A stretch of 62,636 nt of DNA, counting the filler, from Candidatus Woesearchaeota archaeon (GTDB lineage: Archaea; Nanobdellota; Nanobdellia; Woesearchaeales; J072): NCBI GenBank assembly GCA_003695265.1. It is 6 parts of 6 records of this genome, joined end to end, with 100 filler letters (N's around TTAATTAATTAA, not from the genome) between each part and the next. Parts side by side here need not be neighbours in the genome. Positions count along the whole stretch, not along the records: positions 1 to 24,561 come from RFII01000068.1; 5 more parts are not named here. One strand, written 5' to 3'. Every line of letters starts with the position of its first letter. Position 1 is the first letter of the stretch. Made by a program: the position numbers and the translations under genes. Positions 10,201 through 20,100 of the stretch are shown here, in pieces. The notes under the pieces are model-generated. The model searched no databases. It was not told the DNA's origin and saw only the letters and a program-made list of their open reading frames with translations.

Positions 10201-10201
10201 C

Positions 10202-11692
10202 TTATTCTTCCTCAAACACGAAAGCCTGGTAAGTGGAAACTTTTGTGGATGTGTCCTTCCAGCAGTCTTCTCTCATGCCTCCTTTCTTGCAGAGGCTTGT
10301 CAAGAACAATTCCTTGTCGGGAAGCTGTTCCCAAACTTGCGGCAAATAAGTGCTCTGCCTCATCCCATTCCTTAGAACAACGCCGTCAACCAAAGGCCTC
10401 AGCTTATTCTTCAAGTCTTCGCCAGAGCTGAATTCCAAAGGCTCTGGAACAGACAGCACAGAAATCTCAATCTTGATGTCGTCTAATTCGTCAGCCCTGA
10501 CAGGCAGAAACCTGCGGTCGTTCACAGCAGCACTGATAACATTGTCCATAACGCATTTGTAAAGCTCCTCTTGTGGAAGAATATGACCAATACATCCACG
10601 CAGATTGTAGTTTTTGTTGAGGGTTGTGAAGCAGCCCTGAATCTTTTTGAGGTTTGGAGAAAGCTCAGACTCATCAATAACAGGCTTTTCTCCAAGCCCA
10701 TAATAATAGTTAAGGGTGTCTCTGGCAAGCTTCAGAAGGAATTCCTGCTCATCCTTGGTAAGGGGCTCTTTTTTTGGTTCTGTGAAAACCATCGAGACAT
10801 AACTTACTGAGTTTTTGTAGTCGCCAGTAATATTTCCTGAAGTGTCATAGCTTATTAGCTGTGGAGTAATGTCCTCTCCTTGCAGCATGAAAAGAAGTGC
10901 TAAAACAGCGTGCCTTCCGCAGATTGTTGCGCCTGTTTCTGAGAGAAACTCTGCAAACCCTTCTGCGTCCTTTGCCTTGATTCTGTCAATTGCCAGCGAG
11001 TCTAAAAATTTGATGTTGTCTGAGACGTTTTCAGTGAATGGAATGTAACCGTACCTTGGGCCGTAATGAGTGAAGTCAGAACTCACAACAATCAATGTAT
11101 TGTTATCAACATATTTTTTCAGCGTTGAAGCAATTGAATTTATCTCATCAACAGTCGTTCTAGGCCCTATGAGGACAGGAATTATCTCAAAATTAGACAG
11201 AGCGTACTGCAGGAAAGGAAGCTCAATCTCAATAGAGTGCTCTTTTTTGTGGGCTTCATTATAAGAGTTAAACAGCGGCTCTGCAAGGAGTTGTTTTGTC
11301 TTGTCTGAAACCTTAACCAAACCAAGGGGCGTTTCGTAATGCGTGGCATTAGGTATTGACGCGCCGTCAAAAGAGGATGTGTGCGAAGGCCCAAGAATAA
11401 GGACAGTATTATAATCCTTCTTATGCTGGACAAGCTGCTTGAAAGCAGCTGCTGCAACTCTTCCTGAGAAGCGCCAGCCCGCATGAGGAACAATAATCGC
11501 CTTTATGTTTTCAAGACCGGCATCCTCAACATTATTAAAGTAATTGCTTAATGTTTTATTGATTTCCTCTTCACTATTAGGATACCAAGAGCCTGCAATA
11601 GCAGATTCTCTAACAACTTTTTTCTCTTCAACTACTTGTGTTTGGCAACCAAGCAAAACCATTAGCAAGAGAATAATAAGTATTTTTTTCAT
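10202..11692 (-). CDS. amrB: AmmeMemoRadiSam protein B (MEMO1) fused to protein A (AMMECR1), with lipoprotein signal
   Basis: AGSWYP, PHAG, GPSH, EHSIE, SSDFTHYG, TICG (MEMO); GCFTTL, LRGCIG, IEISVLS, TYLPQVW (AMMECR1); MKKILIILLLMVLLGC; ATGA overlap with amrS. Confidence 0.92.
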   Translation of the reverse strand: MKKILIILLLMVLLGCQTQVVEEKKVVRESAIAGSWYPNSEEEINKTLSNYFNNVEDAGLENIKAIIVPHAGWRFSGRVAAAAFKQLVQHKKDYNTVLILGPSHTSSFDGASIPNATHYETPLGLVKVSDKTKQLLAEPLFNSYNEAHKKEHSIEIELPFLQYALSNFEIIPVLIGPRTTVDEINSIASTLKKYVDNNTLIVVSSDFTHYGPRYGYIPFTENVSDNIKFLDSLAIDRIKAKDAEGFAEFLSETGATICGRHAVLALLFMLQGEDITPQLISYDTSGNITGDYKNSVSYVSMVFTEPKKEPLTKDEQEFLLKLARDTLNYYYGLGEKPVIDESELSPNLKKIQGCFTTLNKNYNLRGCIGHILPQEELYKCVMDNVISAAVNDRRFLPVRADELDDIKIEISVLSVPEPLEFSSGEDLKNKLRPLVDGVVLRNGMRQSTYLPQVWEQLPDKELFLTSLCKKGGMREDCWKDTSTKVSTYQAFVFEEE

Positions 11693-12861
11693 GCTTCCCA
11701 CACACCAGGAATCTTTTCTCCGCAGAACTTGCAGGAGCCGTTCTCAAGGTTGTTCTCTGTTATGGTGTAGCCCCTCCTGCCTATAACAACCCTGCCGCAT
11801 TTCGGGCAGTAAGTGCTTTCAGCCTTGTTCCCAGGAACATTGCCTATATAAACGAATTTAATGCCGGCGTCCATTGCTATTTCTCTTGCGTCCTTCAAAA
11901 CTGATATGGGAGTTGGGGGCAAATGAGTGAGCTTGTACATTGGAGTGAAGCGCGAGAAATGAAGGGGGTAGTCCTCGTAGCCGTTCTCAGCAAGCCAGCT
12001 GCACATCTCCCTTATCATGTCCAAATCATCAGTCCAGCTTGGAATAACAAGGTTGGTTATTTCAAACCACACTTTCTCCTCTTTCAGAACCTTGAAAGTG
12101 TTAAGGATCGGCTTTAGTGTTCCTGCGTTAAGCTCGTTGTAAATGCTGTTCTCAAAGCTTTTCAGGTCAACGTTAGCAGCATCGAGGTATTTTGCAAGGT
12201 CACGCAACGCCTCCTCGTTGATGTAGCCGTTAGTAACCCACACGTTCTTAATATTCTTTTCTCTAGCAAGTTTTGAAGTGTCATACATGTATTCATAAAA
12301 TGCTATTGGCTCAGAGTAAGTGTAGGCTATTGACTGGCACTGCTTCAGGAGGGCAGAATCAACAACTTTTTCTGGCATAAGGTCAATGTTCTTTGTCTCT
12401 TCCGGCTGGAACTGTGAGATGTCCCAGTTCTGGCAGTTAAGGCAGCGGAAATTGCAGCCCGCTGTGGCAATAGAAAACGCCTTGCTCTCAGGAAGGAAGT
12501 GAAACAAAGGCTTCTTCTCAATAGGGTCAATGTGGACAGCGCAAGGATTGCCATAAGCAAGAGTGTAAAGCTTGCCATTCATGTGCACTTTATCCCTGCA
12601 AAAGCTCCTGTCGCCCTCTTTCAAAATGCACTGGTGTGGGCAAATATTGCACTGCACGTTTTTGCCTAGCTTAGTGTAATGGTAAGCTTCCCTGCTCCAT
12701 TTCCAAAGCTCATCCGGAGCTCCGCCCTCAAAGACAGAATTGTCCAATTTCTTGCAGGCAGGAATGCCGAAAGCAAGCGCTCCCAAGCCAAGAGCAGCGC
12801 ATTTCAGGAAGGCCCTCCTGCTTATCCTCTTGTTAAGTATTTTCTCAAAGCCTTTTTCCAT
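11689..12861 (-). CDS. amrS: AmmeMemoRadiSam radical SAM enzyme with Tat signal peptide
   Basis: CNICPHQC, DPIEKKPLFHF, CNFRCLNCQNWDISQ, C-terminal CPKC..CKFC; likely start MEKG..SRRAFLK at 12861. Confidence 0.92.
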   Translation of the reverse strand: MEKGFEKILNKRISRRAFLKCAALGLGALAFGIPACKKLDNSVFEGGAPDELWKWSREAYHYTKLGKNVQCNICPHQCILKEGDRSFCRDKVHMNGKLYTLAYGNPCAVHIDPIEKKPLFHFLPESKAFSIATAGCNFRCLNCQNWDISQFQPEETKNIDLMPEKVVDSALLKQCQSIAYTYSEPIAFYEYMYDTSKLAREKNIKNVWVTNGYINEEALRDLAKYLDAANVDLKSFENSIYNELNAGTLKPILNTFKVLKEEKVWFEITNLVIPSWTDDLDMIREMCSWLAENGYEDYPLHFSRFTPMYKLTHLPPTPISVLKDAREIAMDAGIKFVYIGNVPGNKAESTYCPKCGRVVIGRRGYTITENNLENGSCKFCGEKIPGVWEA

Positions 12862-13088
12862 TTTCCAACCCTGTAATAAATCTGTATTCCTGGGTGGATT
12901 AATAAGAGTATGAAAGAGAAAACACTTATCGGCACTGATATGTGAAAGCTTTTTGACTGCTTTAACGGAACAAAACCAAAATATCCGAGCATGACGAATC
13001 CGGAAACAAAGTAAGCCAGCAGCACAAAAAAGAGGAGCCATGCTGCAACAGCGTCAATCTTTCTAACAAGTTTTCTTATAGCAACCAC
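12822..13088 (-). CDS. Small two-TM membrane protein
   Basis: 88 aa, two TM segments with His residues; fills the gap between the SpeE-like gene and amrS. Confidence 0.55.
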   Translation of the reverse strand: MVAIRKLVRKIDAVAAWLLFFVLLAYFVSGFVMLGYFGFVPLKQSKSFHISVPISVFSFILLLIHPGIQIYYRVGKWKKALRKYLTRG

Positions 13089-13143
13089 CCTTTTTTTTCC
13101 TATTATTTTTTTATTAATTAAACTCTTTCAGCGTATAAAAAAT

Positions 13144-15282
13144 TTATTGTTTTTTAGTAAACAAAACAATTCCGCTAAGCAGGTTGAGGAATGCTATGAA
13201 AAAGCAAACGCTAATAAGTCCGAATATTGGGATTAGGAAAGCGCTGACAAGCAAAGCGCCAAGAGACGCGCCCAAAAGGTCGGCGTTGTAGAGCTCTGCT
13301 GCCGTGGATGATATTTTTTTGAAGTGCAGCTTTGAAGCAAGCGGGAATTCCATTCCAGCCATCACAGCAATTATAAACGTGAGTACAGAGAACACGGCCT
13401 GGTTTGCTGCAAAGCCTGCACTGTGCTTTGCCAAATATAAAAGCGTAAAAGGAAGCATGACAGCATACAATACTATTGCAAATTCGAGCCTTATGAGATC
13501 ATTAATGTTTTTCTTTCTTAATTTCTTATTCATGTAAAACGAGCCTGCGGCAAGGCCGAGCATGAACATTGTTATTATCAACCCTATGATGTGGTAAACA
13601 TAACCGTATATTACCTGAAATGCTATTAGAAGCACGACCTCTAGCGAGGATGATGCGAAGCCCGTGGTGAATATTGCGAAGCTCACTGCCTTTAGCCTTG
13701 AGAGGAAGAATGCCATTAGCAAGATGATAATAATTATGAATAATGCGTAATTTGCTTTGAAGTGGCTCATCCAGTAAAGCAAATGGTAATAATACGTTAC
13801 AGGGCTGAAATCATGATTTACGCCCTCTTTTTCATCTATCGAGCTTGTTATTTGGCTTATCCTGTCAGGAGTAAACACTCCTTTAAGGTAATCCTCATTA
13901 ACGTAAACCGTTTGTACGCCTTTCTCTTTTATAAGCCTTGCAATGTCTGTGCTTAATTCTCCGTCAGATGCAATGAAGAAATTTTTTTCGCCTGGCAAGA
14001 CAATCACGTTTTTGAAATGTGTTTTCAGCGTGTTATAAACCACAGAGTTTAATTTGCGCGCCTCATCACTAATGTAATTAGCGGTTGAGATTAAGCTCAA
14101 GGAAACAACACCATCATCGCTCATCTTTTTCTTAAGCTCACCAAAGAATTCAACGGTGTAAAACCTGTTTATCTGCGCAGTGCTCGGATCAGGAAGGTCA
14201 ATTATCACAACATCATACTTTTTGTTTGTTTCTCTTACAAACATCCTAGCGTCCCTGTTTATTACGTTTATCCCCTCTAAAGATGAGGGTGTGTAAGCCC
14301 TTCCCAGAGCAATAATCTTTGGGTCGAGCTCAACATAATCAACATTTTCAACACCGTATTTTAGTATCTCACCTGTTGTCCCTGCTATGCCCCCTGAAAT
14401 CAAAAGAACGCTTTTTGGATTGTCATGCTGAACCATGGCGTAATGGACTGTTTCCTCATTGGCAATTGTGTTTTCTGTCGAGAACAATATCATTCCGTTC
14501 TCAAAGAAGTTTAACTGGCCTGATGTTCTTGTTACCACAATATTTCCGTAAGGAGAGTTTGTTTGCGTGACTAATTCCTGGTTCCTGAACTGCAGCTCTG
14601 TTGAAATTTTATTAAAGTCAATAATCACGAATAAAAAGGATATTACAAGCAGGGCGCTTACAAGATACTTGAATTTATTGATGAGAAATGCTAAGAGCAA
14701 AGCCGCAATAAGGTTAATAAACATTATGAAGAATATCATTTGGAAAGGGTTAAGGATGTGGATAAGCACAAAGCTGAATAGAAAGCCGCCGAGAATGTCT
14801 CCTATGTTGTCAATAAAGTACACCTTGCCAATTGACGCAGCATCATTCCTTGTTGAGAAAGCTGTGCAGAAGAGTGTGAGAAGAAAGCCTGATATAAGGC
14901 AGTAAGGCAGCAAGAGTATGAGGGAGCTGACAAAAACTTCCACTATGCCAACAAGGCTTCCAACAGGAAAAATAATGTTTTTTAAGGACCTTATCAGAAA
15001 AACTTGAATGAAAGGAATAAAAGCAACCAATACTTGAGAGAATATTATGAAGCTTATTTTTCTTTTTATTTTATCCGAGTATTTGCCAAAGTACGCTCCA
15101 AGACCTGTTAGTAAGAGCCAGTTCGCAAGTATTATCCCAAAAACGAGCTCGTTTCCGTAAAACACGCTCAAGAACTCCCTGATTAGTATTATTTGGGTGA
15201 TAACAGATGAAATGCCGAGCGCTGTTATTGAGTAAAACAAGAGTTTGCCCTTGTCCATCATGTAATGGTATAATTTAACCAA
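13144..15282 (-). CDS. Multi-pass membrane protein with central spermidine-synthase/methyltransferase domain (fused MFS/SpeE type)
   Basis: SPYGNI, VHYAM, LLISGG, VELDP, DAR, YDVVIIDLPDP, NRFYT flanked by TM blocks on both sides. Confidence 0.85.
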   Translation of the reverse strand: MVKLYHYMMDKGKLLFYSITALGISSVITQIILIREFLSVFYGNELVFGIILANWLLLTGLGAYFGKYSDKIKRKISFIIFSQVLVAFIPFIQVFLIRSLKNIIFPVGSLVGIVEVFVSSLILLLPYCLISGFLLTLFCTAFSTRNDAASIGKVYFIDNIGDILGGFLFSFVLIHILNPFQMIFFIMFINLIAALLLAFLINKFKYLVSALLVISFLFVIIDFNKISTELQFRNQELVTQTNSPYGNIVVTRTSGQLNFFENGMILFSTENTIANEETVHYAMVQHDNPKSVLLISGGIAGTTGEILKYGVENVDYVELDPKIIALGRAYTPSSLEGINVINRDARMFVRETNKKYDVVIIDLPDPSTAQINRFYTVEFFGELKKKMSDDGVVSLSLISTANYISDEARKLNSVVYNTLKTHFKNVIVLPGEKNFFIASDGELSTDIARLIKEKGVQTVYVNEDYLKGVFTPDRISQITSSIDEKEGVNHDFSPVTYYYHLLYWMSHFKANYALFIIIIILLMAFFLSRLKAVSFAIFTTGFASSSLEVVLLIAFQVIYGYVYHIIGLIITMFMLGLAAGSFYMNKKLRKKNINDLIRLEFAIVLYAVMLPFTLLYLAKHSAGFAANQAVFSVLTFIIAVMAGMEFPLASKLHFKKISSTAAELYNADLLGASLGALLVSAFLIPIFGLISVCFFIAFLNLLSGIVLFTKKQ

Positions 15283-15304
15283 ATATTTAATTTCTACGGT
15301 TTAA

Positions 15305-15628
15305 TTATTGGAGAACACGCTCGATCTTTTCTTTTAAGACAGGCTTTGAAACAGAGCCGGTTATCCTTCCAATCTCCTTTCCTTCTTTCAGCATGACAAT
15401 GCACGGAACGCTCATCACACCGAACTTGCTTACCAATTCTGGAGAGTGCTCAGCGTTTAAGCTGGCAAATTTGAATTTTCCATTATACTCAGAACTCAAT
15501 TCCTCAAAAATAGGGGCTAATGCCTTGCAAGGACCGCACCAAGAAGCCCAGAACTTCAAAATAACAGGAACTTCAGATGATTTCACTTCACTCTCAAAGT
15601 TTTCTGTATTAACTTTTACAACACCCAT
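15305..15628 (-). CDS. trxA: Thioredoxin
   Basis: WASWCGPCK active site. Confidence 0.92.
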   Translation of the reverse strand: MGVVKVNTENFESEVKSSEVPVILKFWASWCGPCKALAPIFEELSSEYNGKFKFASLNAEHSPELVSKFGVMSVPCIVMLKEGKEIGRITGSVSKPVLKEKIERVLQ

Positions 15629-15697
15629 TTTCCGCAGAATAACATGTAGGAAACAGGTTTTATTTAAATCCTTGTGATTACTAACATGTCAAAAAAA

Positions 15698-16792
15698 TCA
15701 GGCTTTGCACACATTGGTGATATTATACTCTTTTTTGTAGTCTTTAACATAGGATATTATTAGTCCGTGAATTCCTTTCCCTATTATTATGAGTGCGCAC
15801 GCGTCAAGAAAGTATATTACGCTTCTTGAAAATCCGAGGCTGGCTAAGTCAGCATTGGCGAAAATTAGGCCGAAAGAGAAGATTATCATTGACAGGTTCT
15901 TTGTGAATGATTCTCCTGCAAACAAGAATATGAAAGCAATAAGAGTCGTCAGCAAAAAGCCACCCGCCAAAAGGGGTTTTTGGGCTGTGTCCTCTGAGCA
16001 TGTGACTGAAGTCTTGGGGGAGTGGTGCTGCTTATAAAGTGTGACTTCGTACTTGCAGCCGTTAAGGCTAGCGAACACTGCATGGCCCATTTCGTGCATT
16101 GCAATAGTCCCGAACATTATGAAGACAACAAAGGTTATTATAAAAAGTGAGAACTTAACCACTTCCAAAGGGAAGAAACCCTCTTTTTTGTAATTAACAT
16201 CTATTTTCTGGCATTTTCTGGTGTGGAGCATGAAGAAATAGAAGGCAAACATCATTATCAAGTATGGAAAGAACCCAAAAGAGGTGTATTTTTCATTTGA
16301 TATTGAAAAATATGTTAAGATGATTGAGAGAAGAGAGTAAAATATTCCGAGCAAAGCGGCTTTCTTAATCTCGCCGACTGATTTTAGGTTAAGTCTTATG
16401 AATATCAGCAAAAGAAAAATTGAGGATATCATGTTTATGAGAACCCAGGAGCCTGATGCCAGAAAAATACCTGCGCATGCTAAAAGGAAAACAATGTAAA
16501 ACACCTTGTAGCCGTGCCTGTCAGACAGCTTGTAAAAAACAAAGAAGAAAAGGGTTGCCAAGAAGAAGTTAAGCATTGCTGAGATTAAGGCAATATCATT
16601 TCGTACAGGCTCTAAAAACCCTAGAAACCATATGAAGTACATTAAAGATATTAATAAGAACAATATTCCGAGCACACCCATAAGTTTTCCGATCTTGCAC
16701 TTCCCAGTTTTTGAGGTGTTGTATAAGCAAATCACGCCAAGAATTCCTATGATGAAATATACAAAACTGTTTAAAGCAAAAACAAGGTTCAT
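15698..16792 (-). CDS. Polytopic membrane protein with C-terminal HExxH intramembrane metallopeptidase-like module
   Basis: About 7 N-terminal TM, then HEMGH inside a hydrophobic stretch, LAGG and NAD motifs. Confidence 0.6.
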   Translation of the reverse strand: MNLVFALNSFVYFIIGILGVICLYNTSKTGKCKIGKLMGVLGILFLLISLMYFIWFLGFLEPVRNDIALISAMLNFFLATLFFFVFYKLSDRHGYKVFYIVFLLACAGIFLASGSWVLINMISSIFLLLIFIRLNLKSVGEIKKAALLGIFYSLLSIILTYFSISNEKYTSFGFFPYLIMMFAFYFFMLHTRKCQKIDVNYKKEGFFPLEVVKFSLFIITFVVFIMFGTIAMHEMGHAVFASLNGCKYEVTLYKQHHSPKTSVTCSEDTAQKPLLAGGFLLTTLIAFIFLFAGESFTKNLSMIIFSFGLIFANADLASLGFSRSVIYFLDACALIIIGKGIHGLIISYVKDYKKEYNITNVCKA

Positions 16793-16815
16793 ACTTTAAC
16801 CCCTTTTAAAATTTA

Positions 16816-17130
16816 TTAGTTAAGCGTTTTGAAGTCAACTATTTCCCCTGTCCTCTGGTCTATTGAGACAGAAAGCAACCTGCTTTTCTTATCTCCAGTC
16901 TGTGTTGAGGAAACATTCAATAGGAGATGCCATTTCTTGTTTTTATTCAAAACTGAGAGTATGTTTATGCTGGCTTTGTTGACTGTGTTGTTTCCAACAT
17001 GAAACTTAACGTTCTGATTAACAAAGTTTTGAGTTATTTGTATAGCCTGCTCTCTTGATATGCTCTTTCCGCACGAAGCAAGAGTGAAAAGAAGCAAAAA
17101 AAACAGTAATAATATGATTTTAGCCCTCAT
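16816..17130 (-). CDS. Small lipoprotein, PepSY-like
   Basis: Lipobox LASC; ISREQAIQI..IDQRTGEIV. Confidence 0.65.
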   Translation of the reverse strand: MRAKIILLLFFLLLFTLASCGKSISREQAIQITQNFVNQNVKFHVGNNTVNKASINILSVLNKNKKWHLLLNVSSTQTGDKKSRLLSVSIDQRTGEIVDFKTLN

Positions 17131-17275
17131 CTTCCAACCTCTCGTCAAGAAGTGAATTAATTTCATCCTCTGTTACAACTCCTTCTTTCTGCAGCAATTC
17201 AATCAGGACTTTCACCTTTAAATCCAGCATTTTAAGCTGCGCTTTCATCTCAAATAATTCAGGCTCTGCACTCAT
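17120..17275 (-). CDS. Small acidic protein (51 aa, absent from ORF track)
   Basis: MSAEPELFEMKAQLKMLDLKVKVLIELLQKEGVVTEDEINSLLDERLEDEG; GGTGA upstream; fills operon gap. Confidence 0.6.
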   Translation of the reverse strand: MSAEPELFEMKAQLKMLDLKVKVLIELLQKEGVVTEDEINSLLDERLEDEG

Positions 17276-17281
17276 GACTTA

Positions 17282-17992
17282 TCACCCTGGCGGCACATGC
17301 TTTTTTCCTTTTTCTGTCAGCAGCACTATCTTGTTGCGGCCGTTTTTTCTTATTATGACAAAACCCTTTTTCTCAAGAGCCCTGATTCTTTTCCTTGTTG
17401 TAGTCTTTGTGATAGAGAACTGCCTGCTTATGTCTTTGAATGAGACTTTTTTAGGGGAGGTGTGGGCAAACAAAAGAATCTCATGAAGGTCGTCTTCCAA
17501 CTCGTCTTCTACACCAAGGTCCTTTCTTGTGATCTCCTTGATTTCTTGCTGAAGAAGATTAAGCTGGTAATTGTTAAGTATTTCTGGATTGACATTCACA
17601 AGAAGTACAGCATTCTTTGACATTACGATATCGTTCAGTGAGTAAATGAATTTTATTACCTGCTCGAAAGTGTAGAGGTTAATAAGGTAATCTATCCTGT
17701 CGAGAAGTATTAGGGAATTCTTGTTTTTCTGCACGAATTTTTTCACGCTTTGCAGTATGTGGCCTAAATTGGACGTTTTCAGGTCATCCTTGTCAGGCTG
17801 GTTTGTAAGCCACAAGACAGGGCTGAGAATCTTGTATTTTTCCCTGAGGTATGACGGGTTTGTGCGCGTTATGCAGTAACCTTTGAACTCTTTTTTTGTT
17901 TTCTCCGCAAAGAGAGAGTAAGCCCAATCGCTTGAGTATTCCTTGATTAGATAGCTGCTGCCAAGAGCAAAAACATTCTTCAAAATCACCAC
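17282..17992 (-). CDS. DUF835 (KaiC/RecA-like inactive domain) fused to winged HTH
   Basis: SYLIKE, GYCITRTNP, LWLT, ILLDRIDYL; C-terminal HTH ISRQFSITKTTTRKRIRALEKKG. Confidence 0.8.
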   Translation of the reverse strand: MVILKNVFALGSSYLIKEYSSDWAYSLFAEKTKKEFKGYCITRTNPSYLREKYKILSPVLWLTNQPDKDDLKTSNLGHILQSVKKFVQKNKNSLILLDRIDYLINLYTFEQVIKFIYSLNDIVMSKNAVLLVNVNPEILNNYQLNLLQQEIKEITRKDLGVEDELEDDLHEILLFAHTSPKKVSFKDISRQFSITKTTTRKRIRALEKKGFVIIRKNGRNKIVLLTEKGKKHVPPG

Positions 17993-18001
17993 CTTTTAAC
18001 A

Positions 18002-18490
18002 CTAATTTGCACTATTAGTTTCTTTGCCTTTAAATGTTTTTCGCATTAATGAAATCCTTTTCTGCATGTTTTCCTGCAACACCTTCGCATCCTCCAGCTT
18101 GTCTTGAGGCAGTGTTTGCATAAGGTCGGAAAGCTCGTTGTACAAAGCTATTAGCTTGTCCTCATTATCAGAAGACATGTTATTGAATTTTCTTGATATG
18201 TCCATGTACTGCAGAAAAGCGTTGTACTCAAGCATTTTTTTGTCATCTTTATGGGTGCGCTCATGTATTATTTCATCTGACATTTTCACCATTTCATCTT
18301 CGCTGCCTGACATTAAAACCCATATTGTTGCAGAAACCCCGAGAAAAACTGCTGAGATAACAACCTGTAGTTGAGGGGAAATATTAAGCGATGCTGATAT
18401 TGGGCGAAGCAAAAAGTGGTAAAACATGAGTGTTATTCCGCAACACATGATTGTTCCAGCAGTCCATGTAATTAGCCTTGTGCTAACCAT
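18002..18490 (-). CDS. Two-TM hypothetical protein, paralog of 18483..18977
   Basis: Two TM, W..SGSED, MLEYNAF, LPQDK. Confidence 0.7.
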   Translation of the reverse strand: MVSTRLITWTAGTIMCCGITLMFYHFLLRPISASLNISPQLQVVISAVFLGVSATIWVLMSGSEDEMVKMSDEIIHERTHKDDKKMLEYNAFLQYMDISRKFNNMSSDNEDKLIALYNELSDLMQTLPQDKLEDAKVLQENMQKRISLMRKTFKGKETNSAN

Positions 18491-18977
18491 TCTCTTTTCT
18501 CGGATTTACCTTCTGCTTTAATTTTTGTATTGCCTGATCAACCTCCCACTTCTTGTCCTGCGGAACATTCTCGTACAAGTCCATAAGCCTTGTTGTCAGG
18601 TCCATTATAGCGTTCTCATCATCACCCACAGATTTTATCTCCTCTTTTATCATTTTGAACTGTGAGTAAGCGTGATAGCCGAGCATTCCCTCGTTCGTCC
18701 TTTTTTCTGTGTCATCGCTTATCATGTTTTCAACAGAAGCGCTCAGGTCAATGTCTTCGCTTGAACTTATGAAAAACAGCCAAACACCAACCATAAAAAC
18801 ATAAATAAAAACAATAACTATTATTTGGACTAGCTTGCTGACACCGAAAACTCTCGCTGATGGTATGATAACAAGGTTTTGAAACAGAAATGACAATATT
18901 CCAGAGACAATCAGCCCGACAAAAACAAGCATTGGATTGTATTTCTTAAGCAGGTTTCGAATTTTTTTGTAGACCAT
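18483..18977 (-). CDS. Two-TM hypothetical protein
   Basis: Two TM, W..SSSED, MLGYHAY, VPQDK. Confidence 0.7.
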   Translation of the reverse strand: MVYKKIRNLLKKYNPMLVFVGLIVSGILSFLFQNLVIIPSARVFGVSKLVQIIVIVFIYVFMVGVWLFFISSSEDIDLSASVENMISDDTEKRTNEGMLGYHAYSQFKMIKEEIKSVGDDENAIMDLTTRLMDLYENVPQDKKWEVDQAIQKLKQKVNPRKENG

Positions 18978-20100
18978 TTTTGAGTGGAAGAGTGAAGCTG
19001 AAAGTAGACCCCTTTCCATAAGTGCTTTTTACAAAGATTTTTCCTTTGTGAGCCTCTATTATTTGCTTCGCAATAACTAATCCGAGACCTGTCCCAGGGT
19101 ATTTTGTTGTGAGCTCAGTTTCTGCCTGGTAGAACTTGTCAAAAATTTTGGGAAGAGCGCTCTTTTTTATGCCAATGCCATTATCCTTAACAGACACAGT
19201 CGCTTTTTTCGCGTATTTCTTAACACTTATGATTATCTTGCCATTAAAACCGGTGAATTTTATTGCGTTTCCTATCAGGTTTGTGAGCACTTGGTCTATC
19301 CTGCGCTCATCACCCATTATTAAAGGCAGTTTTTTTTGCTTGAACGTTATCGTTATGTTTTTCTTAAGGGCAAGAGGCTCAAGCTCTGAGATAACCTGCC
19401 TGATTGTCCTGTTAAGGTCAAACTTTTTCTTCACAAAGTCAAGCCTTCCGGACTCGAGCTTTGAAATGTCAAGAACGTCATTGAGGATTGTTGAAAGGCG
19501 ATTAATGCTTTCAAGCATTGTCTTAAGACTCTTCTTCTGAAGCGCGTTTATTTTCCCCAGGTTCTCGTCATACAGAAGCTGGGCAAACGACTTTATTGAC
19601 GTTAAAGGAGTTCTAAGCTCGTGGCTCACATTAGCTATGAAGTCGTCCTTCATGTGGTCAAGGCTTTTAAGCCTCTTGTAAGCGTCATGTATTTTCAGGT
19701 TTGAAACAACAAGCTCATGATTGGCCTTTACCCTTGAAGTAATATCCTCTATTAGTATTAGCAAGCCGTTAACTTTCTTTTTTTCCTTGATAGGTATTAT
19801 TATGTAATGCCTGTAAGTCGTTTTCCTGCTTAGGTGAGTAACATACTTAACATTGTCAAGCTCAAAGCTTTTTCCTTTAAGCCCTGCCTTAAAGTATTTT
19901 ACGAGGCCTGCCTTTTTAGAGCCGGGCCAGTCCAAAAGGTTTATGCTCAGAAGCCTTTTTTCTGATTTTATTCCGGCAATCTTTTTCATCGCTGAATTAG
20001 CCGCGACAACATTCCCTTTTTTGTCAAGAATAAAAATGCCAATAGGCGCTTTTTTCATAATGCTTCCGAGCAGCTTGGCATAATCATGTTTTATAGTCAT
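18946..20100 (-). CDS. Soluble PAS-domain histidine kinase
   Basis: PAS (APIGIFILD..AN..EDITSR), H-box SHELRTPL, N-box NAIKF, DNGIG, GTGLGL. Confidence 0.93.
   Translation of the reverse strand: MTIKHDYAKLLGSIMKKAPIGIFILDKKGNVVAANSAMKKIAGIKSEKRLLSINLLDWPGSKKAGLVKYFKAGLKGKSFELDNVKYVTHLSRKTTYRHYIIIPIKEKKKVNGLLILIEDITSRVKANHELVVSNLKIHDAYKRLKSLDHMKDDFIANVSHELRTPLTSIKSFAQLLYDENLGKINALQKKSLKTMLESINRLSTILNDVLDISKLESGRLDFVKKKFDLNRTIRQVISELEPLALKKNITITFKQKKLPLIMGDERRIDQVLTNLIGNAIKFTGFNGKIIISVKKYAKKATVSVKDNGIGIKKSALPKIFDKFYQAETELTTKYPGTGLGLVIAKQIIEAHKGKIFVKSTYGKGSTFSFTLPLKNGLQKNSKPA

Noticed and set aside
12862..13041. 60-aa N-terminal extension of the radical SAM ORF in the ORF track
   Set aside because: Overlaps a more plausible two-TM gene in another frame; the Tat-type start at 12861 fits better.
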